Shown here piece after piece: positions 56,603 to 64,000 of a stretch of DNA of 64,000 bases. Position 1 is the stretch's first letter; each line of letters begins with the position of its first letter. The DNA lies in assembly GCA_044868145.1 (NCBI GenBank), contig JBIOWE010000006.1:151707-215706 (forward strand), read 5' to 3'. The stretch is from Patescibacteria group bacterium (GTDB taxonomy: Bacteria; Patescibacteriota; Patescibacteriia; UBA10025; JBIOWE01). The notes under the pieces were generated by a model. That model was not told where the DNA came from, searched no databases, and worked only from the letters and a program-made list of their open reading frames with translations. Made by a program: the position numbers and the translations under genes.

Positions 56603-56651
56603 TGTGCGTGTTTCACGCTATTTTAGAATTAAAGAAGAGGAGGGAGGAGCC

Positions 56652-56774
56652 ATGAAGGCACTAATAAAAATTATCGAATTCCTTCTGACCGTTATTGGAT
56701 TCTTGGTTGCACTTGGGATGCTTCTCTACATTCTGGCCTTTCACAAGGACCGATCGGAGACAGTACAGAGCTAG
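56652..56774 (+). CDS. 40-aa single-TM peptide (MKALIKIIEFLLTVIGFLVALGMLLYILAFHKDRSETVQS), not in the ORF track
   Basis: Very strong SD (AAGAGGAGGGAGGAG) ending 3 nt before the ATG. TTGACA-17-TATTTT upstream. Stop overlaps the stop of the convergent gene. Confidence 0.4.
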   Translation: MKALIKIIEFLLTVIGFLVALGMLLYILAFHKDRSETVQS

Positions 56775-58288
56775 CTTTCGATCTTTTGCTCACCCCCATT
56801 GGGTGAGCTTTTGATTTGCATTATGATACTCGCGAATACGACAATGAACATAATGCCGAGCGGGTGGTTAAGGTATGGAGTCGTAAAATGGGTAATGATT
56901 AATGCAAGGAATGCAAACAGGAGTCCCAAGGTGAGCGCACGGCCTTCATCCGGCCTGGTCTGTATCAACATTAGTCCTTGGCGGGCGATGACCCAAAGGA
57001 AGTACACATATGCCGCCAGTCCCAGAAAACCCATTTTAAGCGCGATATCTAGATACCCCCATTCAAAGGCGTATGAGGTATAGTTTCCGCCATTCAGTTC
57101 TTTCGTTCGCGGATCGAGCGTTTGATACGTTACTGTGGTTCCAAATCCCGATCCAAAGATCGGGTGTTCAAGCGCTTTGCTCACAAGAGGCTTGAATAAT
57201 TGGAATCGGCTGCCGAGTGCGGGCTCCTCCGTTGTGGTAATGCGCTGGCGAATCAAACTCGCGGCCGAGGATCCGCTCCTCCCCCCAGGCAGTTGAACAT
57301 TAATAAGGAACGTGATAAACGCCACTTCGAGAACCGCTAGCCCGACCATTATCCCGATGACCCTGCCAAAACGTTGCCAGCCGATTTTCTCTTTGGCTAG
57401 CCAGTAGATAAAAAGCACCACGAGCGAGATTGCCAGGGCGAGCCAGAAGCTTCTTGAGAAACTGATAGTGAGCGTAAGGCTTGAAAGAATCGCCACAAGC
57501 CACACAACACGCCAATCTTCCTTGCGCCATGCATGCCTTTTTCTGCCAACCAGAAAAACAATTGCGATGAGAAACGCGAACAAAGCCCAGATATGGCTCT
57601 GGAAAAAGATGCGAAAGAAGTTTTCCGTGATTTGGGCAATTTCGCCGACCCCGGTATTGCGCACCCACCTATACATTAGTCGAATGAGCGTTTCATCGGT
57701 TTGATGGGAGAAGTAATACAGCAAAAAAAGCGTTTTTATCCCAATGACCGACACGCTTGCGAACATCGTTTGTAGGGTTTGTGAAATGCGCTTCCAATTA
57801 TTGATGACCGTGAAACCTACAAACAGTAATCCAAAATACAGATATCCATTGACGTCAAAAAAGATATTTTTTGGATCATTATGATATAAGACCCCCATGA
57901 CCACGCCAAGGATAAGGAATGCTAGTAAGATTAAAAAAGGTAAAAAAAACGGTGAACGTTTCAATGTAATTTTTCGCGCTCGGATGACATGAAAAAGCCA
58001 GCCGAGGAATACGGCGAGAAAAATGCCGAGCCGTATGGATACAGTGAATTCGCCCATGTCAAAAGAAAAGAGATACCCCTTTGATCCAACGATCAGCTCC
58101 GCGAGCGCGATCCAGAAACCATATTCAATTTTCCAAAATGACAAAACAAGCGCTGCGCCTAGCGTAAGAAAAAAAACTACATGGTTGATCGGTCCAACAA
58201 AGTATCCAAGAAACGATGCTATCTCAAAAATAATAAGCAGCCAAAATGTTATTTTAAAATGCTGGCCGTAGAGTTTTATCTGGTTCAT
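56771..58288 (-). CDS. O-antigen ligase/polymerase-like polytopic membrane protein (Wzy/WaaL family)
   Basis: At least 10 transmembrane helices with a large periplasmic loop. Sits in the glycan cluster. Confidence 0.55.
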   Translation of the reverse strand: MNQIKLYGQHFKITFWLLIIFEIASFLGYFVGPINHVVFFLTLGAALVLSFWKIEYGFWIALAELIVGSKGYLFSFDMGEFTVSIRLGIFLAVFLGWLFHVIRARKITLKRSPFFLPFLILLAFLILGVVMGVLYHNDPKNIFFDVNGYLYFGLLFVGFTVINNWKRISQTLQTMFASVSVIGIKTLFLLYYFSHQTDETLIRLMYRWVRNTGVGEIAQITENFFRIFFQSHIWALFAFLIAIVFLVGRKRHAWRKEDWRVVWLVAILSSLTLTISFSRSFWLALAISLVVLFIYWLAKEKIGWQRFGRVIGIMVGLAVLEVAFITFLINVQLPGGRSGSSAASLIRQRITTTEEPALGSRFQLFKPLVSKALEHPIFGSGFGTTVTYQTLDPRTKELNGGNYTSYAFEWGYLDIALKMGFLGLAAYVYFLWVIARQGLMLIQTRPDEGRALTLGLLFAFLALIITHFTTPYLNHPLGIMFIVVFASIIMQIKSSPNGGEQKIES

Positions 58289-59235
58289 TTATGTACTGTA
58301 CCGATTATGTTCCAATGCCAAGCCAATTGATTCACAAAAGGAATACGCTCAATCAATGAGTCCATATTTTGGTACAATCGCTGCATCTGTTTGGACGGAT
58401 GTGCGTTTCCCTTGCTCATGCGTTCTTTGAGCCGAACGTACGAATCATAGAGTTCGAGCGTGTATTTCACGGGACGCATTTCGTTCAGTTCAATGCCGGT
58501 ATCGGCAAACAACCGTTCGATCTGCTGTTTGCTAAATCCTTCGGATGAGTCGTCGGCTACGGAGTCTACGCTGCGGTCACGGCGCTTTCGTATGAGCCGT
58601 TTTACCGGCGCCAAGAGCGGATAAATGAGTTTATAGGGCCAGCGATTTGGTTCAACCCCGAAGACGACTACCCCGCCGTTTTTGGTCACGCGCTTTATTT
58701 CCAAAAGTCCTTTCCCGGGGTTTTCGAGGTGGTGGAACGCGGCAGCCATCAACACACCATCAAAGCTGTTGTCGGCGAATGGTATATGTTCCGCGTCCGC
58801 GAGGATGAACGCGACGCGATCTTGGACGCCAATGTCGTTCGCGAGCTGTCGGGCGAGTTCCAGCGCCTTCAATGACACATCTGTCTCGATCACGTTTTGC
58901 CCTGCTTGCGCGATTTCAAAACCGTCGGCTCGGTTACCGCAACCCAGCTCCAAGATAAGCGAGTTGCGCGGCAGATCAACCAACGGTTTTCGAAAATGTT
59001 CGTGGAATGGTGCTGACCGGTTGTCGAGCTTGCGTTTGCCTTCTTGTTCGTAAGTCAAATCCCAAAATCGCTCCTCGGTTGTGCGAAAGAGGTTGTGGTC
59101 AGGTGGTAGAAGGTTGAGTATCCCGTTTTTTTCTTGAAACACTGTATGGCAGCCTTTATGGGAGTATCCATTATCTTTTTTTTCGAGCGGTGCGCCGTGA
59201 ATGGGACAATGGACGATCTGCGCGTAGTCAATCAT
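58285..59235 (-). CDS. Class I SAM-dependent methyltransferase with N-terminal Trm112-like zinc ribbon
   Basis: LELGCGNRADG motif I. N-terminal C..H...C.H ribbon. Confidence 0.75.
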   Translation of the reverse strand: MIDYAQIVHCPIHGAPLEKKDNGYSHKGCHTVFQEKNGILNLLPPDHNLFRTTEERFWDLTYEQEGKRKLDNRSAPFHEHFRKPLVDLPRNSLILELGCGNRADGFEIAQAGQNVIETDVSLKALELARQLANDIGVQDRVAFILADAEHIPFADNSFDGVLMAAAFHHLENPGKGLLEIKRVTKNGGVVVFGVEPNRWPYKLIYPLLAPVKRLIRKRRDRSVDSVADDSSEGFSKQQIERLFADTGIELNEMRPVKYTLELYDSYVRLKERMSKGNAHPSKQMQRLYQNMDSLIERIPFVNQLAWHWNIIGTVHK

Positions 59236-60082
59236 GGCTTTTTGTTAGGTCAACAATGAGCGCTAATACAATGCTGATTGGATAGAGCGCGAGAAGCGCG
59301 AGTGCGGAGGCCGGGGTGTCGTGCTTGATGAAATATCGAATCGCGCTGTCATTAAACCAAATTTGTTTTCTTACTGCTGATTGTTGGACGAAGCTTTTGG
59401 CTTTGTGATGGACGATTGTTGCCCTCGGGGTGTAGTATACTTGCCAGTTTTTGTTTTTTGCTCGTTTGCAAAAATCCACCTCCTCGAACCAAATGTAATA
59501 ATCTTTATCGAGTAATCCGATTGCATCGAACACCTTTTTTCTGACCATAAAAAAAGCGCCCATCACTTGGTCGACGGTCTGTTCTTGTTCATAATCAAAA
59601 TCCTTGGCGAAATATTTTTTGAGGGCGGGATGGTTCGGCGCAACATGATGCATTTTTAGGAAAATGAATGCCATCGCGGCGAGCGTTGGAAATCTCCTGA
59701 CTGAAGGTTGTAGCGTTTTATCTGTGTTCAAGAGTTTGCATCCGGCAATGCCGCATTGAGGTTTTTCTTTCATGAATCGTATTGTGGTGGTCAGCGCACC
59801 CTCCATGATCTCCGTATCTGGGTTGAGCAAGAGCACAAACTCCCCTTGGGCCTTTTGTATTGCTTGATCATTCGCTTCGGCAAACCCAATAGTGCGATCA
59901 AGAGCAATAAGGTTCACGGACGGGAACTGTTTCCGCACCATGTCCGCGCTTCCGTCGCTTGAACCATTATCAATAACAAAAACCTCGTGAGAGAGGTTTT
60001 TGGTCGTTCGTTCGATTGATGCAAGACACTTCTTTAATAATTCCTGGACGTTCCAATTGACGATTATCACGGATAAATCCAT
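59228..60082 (-). CDS. GT2 glycosyltransferase
   Basis: MDLSVIIVNWN...IDNGSSDGS. The track start at 60169 is a TTG; the ATG at 60082 lies 7 nt after a TACAAT -10. Confidence 0.8.
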   Translation of the reverse strand: MDLSVIIVNWNVQELLKKCLASIERTTKNLSHEVFVIDNGSSDGSADMVRKQFPSVNLIALDRTIGFAEANDQAIQKAQGEFVLLLNPDTEIMEGALTTTIRFMKEKPQCGIAGCKLLNTDKTLQPSVRRFPTLAAMAFIFLKMHHVAPNHPALKKYFAKDFDYEQEQTVDQVMGAFFMVRKKVFDAIGLLDKDYYIWFEEVDFCKRAKNKNWQVYYTPRATIVHHKAKSFVQQSAVRKQIWFNDSAIRYFIKHDTPASALALLALYPISIVLALIVDLTKSHD

Positions 60083-60089
60083 ACGACAT

Positions 60090-60118
60090 ATTGTACAATT
60101 TTTTGGGGATTTTTGCAA
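60090..60118 (-). promoter_or_regulatory. Promoter TTGCAA-17-TACAAT, 7 nt before the GT2 ATG (leaderless)
   Basis: Read on the minus strand. Confidence 0.5.
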
Positions 60119-60333
60119 TGAGTTGAATATTCCTGATTGTTGTTGTACAATTAAATAAACTCTCCCCAATTCAAGGGGATTTTTTTATAGCTATTACCGC
60201 CCCTCTGGAACCGTTAGTACATATACAAAGCACGTATGATATCCCCTCCTTACCAAGGAGGGGATGAACGGACGACGTAGACTCGCCCCGCATGGTTTCT
60301 CGAGGGGAGGTCCGAGGGGCATTCAAAAACCAA

Positions 60334-60690
60334 ATGACAATTCTTTTTAATAGAAAATCTTTAACGTCGAGGCGTAAAATTTTGAGACTCACGATGCCGA
60401 AAGCAGAGGTGATTCTTTGGCAATACTTAAAGGATAGGCAAATAGTCGGATATAAGTTCCGTAGGCAATATAGCATTAGTAAATATGTTGTTGATTTTTA
60501 TTGTCCGAGGAAGAAGTTGGCAATCGAAGTGGATGGACCAACACATTTTTCCCTGCAAGCGATGGAATATGATATCAAGCGCCAAGCATTGATTGAATCT
60601 TTTGGGATTAGGGTGATACGCGTAACGAATACAGATGTATATGAAAATATTCGAGGTGTAATAAATGAAATACAGAAGCATTTGGTATGA
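60334..60690 (+). CDS. DUF559/Vsr-like endonuclease-domain protein
   Basis: LW..L...GYKFRRQ..I..Y.VDFYC...KLAIEVDG..H pattern of DUF559. A perfect hairpin lies 70 nt upstream. Confidence 0.55.
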   Translation: MTILFNRKSLTSRRKILRLTMPKAEVILWQYLKDRQIVGYKFRRQYSISKYVVDFYCPRKKLAIEVDGPTHFSLQAMEYDIKRQALIESFGIRVIRVTNTDVYENIRGVINEIQKHLV

Positions 60691-60795
60691 AAGCACTTAA
60701 TAATCGACTAATTTCTCGATGCGGGATTGATTCCGTTTGCCAAAAACGATAAAATGTGGTACAATTGACGTAATAAAATATATAAATCCTTTGAG

Positions 60796-60812
60796 AAGGA
60801 ATATTATTCCTT
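60796..60812. promoter_or_regulatory. 17-bp perfect palindrome AAGGAATA-T-TATTCCTT, 16 nt upstream of the giant ORF ATG
   Basis: Read directly. Candidate operator. Confidence 0.4.
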
Positions 60813-60827
60813 ATTTTGTGTTTGCTC

Positions 60828-63800
60828 ATGGCTGTACGTCGTCGAAACAGAATAAATAAGAAAAGAAAAAAGACCAACGCAATGAAGGGGCGATTTCGCC
60901 TTCTTTTTGTTTTATCTATTGTTTGCATTGGTTTATTTTCCATGGGTATGGTCTTGGCTGCTGGGAATACTACCAACGTTACGGCTCAACCGACGTCGTG
61001 CACCGGCTGGCAAAACGCTAGCAAAGCGGAAGCAATTGATTTGCTTGGCTCGTCAGATCTTGGTAGTTTTTCCGGCCAAAACTCTTCGTTTTTCTATAAC
61101 TCCCCCACTCCTGCTGATGCGCTAAGCGCGCCCTCGAATATTCTTGATTGCGCATCTTTTACAGTAACCGATTCTTTGCCAGCACGGTCAACGATCACGC
61201 GGGCAGCCGTTTCTTTTTCCTTTGCAGCGAAGTCGTACCCGGAGAATGAGGATGTGGTGAGCTTTGCGTATTCATTGGATGGAACAAATTGGACGACGCT
61301 CGACTCATTTGCACTCACTGGTGATACAAGTAATGCCATCCACGAAGGTTATCGGGAATATCCCGTGACCGGCATCAGACCTGAAACGCTAGCGCAGCTT
61401 CGCGTGCGTGTGACCTATTTCGCGACGGAACCGACGCATGAGTCCGTAAGCTTTCTTGATAGCGTTCAATTACAGGTATCCTATGAAACGGCAAAAGGTC
61501 AGAAGCCTTTGGCATTACCCAATGACGTAGCTGTATTTACAAAAAAAGATTTCAAGCAGTCCGAGCAGCCATCTTTGGACGTTGAAGTTGAGCACCGTTC
61601 TCTGTTTGGATTTCTTGGCGTTGACCCGACTGTTCGCGCCGTGCACTCGATCCGTGTGGTCGATCCACATGGTGTTGAACGGGAAGGTATCGTGACCGAG
61701 CAACGGCATGATGAAGGCAGGAAAACTTTTGAGCAATATTCCCTCGATCCCGCAAACTTCACTTCACCAGGAAAGTACGAAGTGATTATTTCCATTGAGC
61801 AAGATGGACAAACCGAGCAGGTGCAAAAGGAATTCTCTTGGGGCGTGCTTGTCATGAACACGATGAAGTCGGTGTACCGTCCGGGCGAGACGGCGCATTT
61901 CGGCATGGGCGTGCTCGATCCGTCAGGCCACACCATCTGCGATGCGCAGTTAGAATTGCGTATTACTGATCCAAAGGGTCGTACAGCTCATCTCACAACG
62001 GCGAAAAGCCAAATTCGCTACTCGCAAGAATGCGGTCCCGATAACGTTACGAATTTGCCTGATTATTCAGCCGAATACGGGGTGGAGGGCGCTGGGGATT
62101 ATGCGCTTGTGCTAACCGCGACCACAGGCAGCGGCACGTATACGATTACTGACACGCTCTTTGTACGAGAGAGCATCCCTTTCGATATTATAAGAATTGG
62201 GCCGACGCGTATTTTTCCAAAAGCGAACTACGAAATGTTCCTTGAGATTGTACCGACGTATGATTACAAGGGAACAGTCGAAGAATTCGTACCTTCATCG
62301 CTCAGTCTGATTCGCATCGACCAAGCAGGGACGAGTTTTGAAGTTGATAAAAACACGACAGGCATTCGCTGGAATGTGGATTGGAAAGCCGGACTAGCAT
62401 ACACGTTGTCATACCAATTTGACCCTCCTGACGTGAGTCCGGATTTGCACGTCCTTGGTCCGGCAAAGGTCGGATCATTTCAAGAATATCGCCAGTGGCA
62501 AATCGCCTCGGACTCAACTGGTTCTGGGGCGCCGACCCGGCAATGGATGACGGGTTTTGAAAACAATACGACGACAGCTGATATCGAGTACACCGCCAAC
62601 GTCGGTTCGCCGACTGTACAAACCACGACCGTTCGTTCTGGAACGTACGCCATGCAAACGAACGTTTCGGCCACGACCGCCGGATTCAGCAACGACTTTG
62701 AGTCAGCTGACGCCGCGACTGGGCACTATTTCCGGGAGTACGTTCGGTTCACCACCTTGCCAAACGCCAACACCTTGATCATGGCTATCCGCGATTCCGG
62801 CGCCACCAACCAAGCCAGCATCCGGTATGACAACACGAATGCTAAGTTTGAGCTGTGGAACGAGGAGGACTCGGCGCAAATCGGTTCGGATTCGACCGGA
62901 ACCATTACCACCGGTACCTGGTACAGGCTGGAAATGTATGTTGACTTCGGAACGGCGGCAACCGGCGATACAATTGTGAAGGCACGTCTTAATGGCACAG
63001 AGTTTGCTGCGGCTACGAACGTCAACTGGGCCAACGGCGTTATGACCATGCAAGGCGGTATTATTACCACCAACGCCACCGCCAATGCGTTTATCGACGA
63101 CGTGGCGATTAACCTCGACTCAACAACCTCGGTCGCCGGCGAAGGCTACCCCGGCGAGGGGAAAATCATTTACCTGCGGCCGAACGGCAACGGGACGAAC
63201 ACGGCCTGGACCGGAGATTCCACCGCGGTTGACGAAGTGACGCCGAACGACGGTACCGATGTCATTAGTTGTTCCGCGAGCGCCCAAGCTGAGGATTATA
63301 CCTTAACCGATGCTACTGCCAACGGGGTCAATGCTCTTGATACCATCAAAGTTCTTCAGACGTATGTACGCGTAGGCAACTCATCATCCGGTTCGTCCCA
63401 CAACTATAGTATTGTCCTGAACCTGAGTGGGACGGCCGATACGGTATCGAACGTAACAATTGCTACTGCTACGACGTGGTTTACTATTGACGATACAAAA
63501 CCGCGAAATCCGACGACCACGATTGCGGCCACGGGCAACGTTTCTCAAGGGCAAGTATCGTATGATAAGCCTGGTACGACGACTGATCCCTGGACGCCGG
63601 CGGACGTTGATAGCGCCCAGGTCAACATCAACACGGGCGACTGTGCGCCGGTGACCAACATCAGCACCGTTTGGGTTGAAGTCGAGTACGTGGCCGCCGA
63701 GGGTGGCCGACTATACTCTTCGGGTTTCGAATTGCAAAGCACGACCGCTGACATGGAATACACCGCTAATGTCGGTTCGCCAACTATCAGCACCAGCACG

Positions 63801-64000
63801 GTCCGTTCTGGCGCGGCCTCGCTACGAGCCAACCCCTCCGCAACGACGGCCGGCATGAGCTACGATTTTCGCTCGGCCGACGATGCTACTGCAACGTTTT
63901 TCCGGGCTTATGTCCGGTTTACCACCTTCCCGAACGCCAACACGTTGATCATGGCCATTCGTGATAATGCGGCCACGAATCAAGCAAGTATTCGTTTTGA
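60828..64000 (+). CDS. Giant secreted/surface protein with repeated concanavalin A-like (LamG-like) modules; runs off the window end (absent from the ORF track)
   Basis: Manual translation shows no in-frame stop from 60828 to 64000. Basic N-terminus then signal/TM (second ATG at 60882: MKGRFRLLFVLSIVCIGLF). A roughly 390-aa module is repeated (TADIEYTANVGSPT...FREYVRFTTLPNANTLIMAIRD near 62570; a second copy near 63750). WYRLEMYVDF...AFIDDVAI resembles the LamG/ConA-like core. Confidence 0.7.
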   Translation, partial: MAVRRRNRINKKRKKTNAMKGRFRLLFVLSIVCIGLFSMGMVLAAGNTTNVTAQPTSCTGWQNASKAEAIDLLGSSDLGSFSGQNSSFFYNSPTPADALSAPSNILDCASFTVTDSLPARSTITRAAVSFSFAAKSYPENEDVVSFAYSLDGTNWTTLDSFALTGDTSNAIHEGYREYPVTGIRPETLAQLRVRVTYFATEPTHESVSFLDSVQLQVSYETAKGQKPLALPNDVAVFTKKDFKQSEQPSLDVEVEHRSLFGFLGVDPTVRAVHSIRVVDPHGVEREGIVTEQRHDEGRKTFEQYSLDPANFTSPGKYEVIISIEQDGQTEQVQKEFSWGVLVMNTMKSVYRPGETAHFGMGVLDPSGHTICDAQLELRITDPKGRTAHLTTAKSQIRYSQECGPDNVTNLPDYSAEYGVEGAGDYALVLTATTGSGTYTITDTLFVRESIPFDIIRIGPTRIFPKANYEMFLEIVPTYDYKGTVEEFVPSSLSLIRIDQAGTSFEVDKNTTGIRWNVDWKAGLAYTLSYQFDPPDVSPDLHVLGPAKVGSFQEYRQWQIASDSTGSGAPTRQWMTGFENNTTTADIEYTANVGSPTVQTTTVRSGTYAMQTNVSATTAGFSNDFESADAATGHYFREYVRFTTLPNANTLIMAIRDSGATNQASIRYDNTNAKFELWNEEDSAQIGSDSTGTITTGTWYRLEMYVDFGTAATGDTIVKARLNGTEFAAATNVNWANGVMTMQGGIITTNATANAFIDDVAINLDSTTSVAGEGYPGEGKIIYLRPNGNGTNTAWTGDSTAVDEVTPNDGTDVISCSASAQAEDYTLTDATANGVNALDTIKVLQTYVRVGNSSSGSSHNYSIVLNLSGTADTVSNVTIATATTWFTIDDTKPRNPTTTIAATGNVSQGQVSYDKPGTTTDPWTPADVDSAQVNINTGDCAPVTNISTVWVEVEYVAAEGGRLYSSGFELQSTTADMEYTANVGSPTISTSTVRSGAASLRANPSATTAGMSYDFRSADDATATFFRAYVRFTTFPNANTLIMAIRDNAATNQASIRF

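Noticed and set aside
60171-60476. Minus-strand ORFs 60171-60476 and 60427-60696, and 60608-60976
   Set aside because: They overlap the DUF559 gene or the promoter/5' region of the giant ORF. They have low-complexity translations and no start signals.
1-64000. CRISPR arrays, rRNA or tRNA genes, IS elements
   Set aside because: No regularly spaced direct repeats of 24-40 bp. No GGTTCGAATCC-type T-arm strings or cloverleaf candidates were found in intergenic spacers. No transposase-like ORF.

Overview
This 64 kb window is densely coding, with about 70 plausible genes and very short intergenic spacers, and is roughly 50% GC. Most genes are housekeeping functions. They include a central-carbon cluster (rpiB, rpe, transaldolase, class II FBP aldolase, PfkB kinase), fmt-def-priA, xseA-xseB, dinB, dcd, gltX, serS, lysS, proS, greA, frr, rseP, hup, alr, a FtsQ-like gene, a PBP2-mreD-mreC-mreB block, and holB. 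There is also a surface glycan locus with GT2, GT4 and Wzy-like genes, a DUF4012-like protein and a second MreB paralog. The gene content suggests a small-genome, envelope-focused bacterium, possibly Patescibacteria/CPR-like; this is inference only. Several things are not captured by the ORF track. (1) A roughly 700 bp tandem array of four promoter-to-terminator units lies on the plus strand at 34926-35620, between two minus-strand genes, and is a candidate sRNA cassette. (2) A more than 1050-codon open frame runs from 60828 off the window end. It encodes a secreted protein with repeated concanavalin A-like/LamG-like modules and is missing from the track because it has no stop in the window. 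(3) A 56-aa AbrB/MazE-type gene sits upstream of a short ORF coupled to dinB, in a heavily hairpinned region. (4) Two families of repeated palindromic intergenic elements are present. (5) A CopC-cupredoxin fusion lies next to cutA. (6) Many genes have sigma70-like promoters placed 5-11 nt from the ATG, implying leaderless or near-leaderless mRNAs. (7) A strongly SD-driven 40-aa transmembrane peptide lies inside the glycosyltransferase cluster. No CRISPR array, rRNA, tRNA or obvious transposase was seen. All calls are from reading the sequence and translations; no database search was possible.
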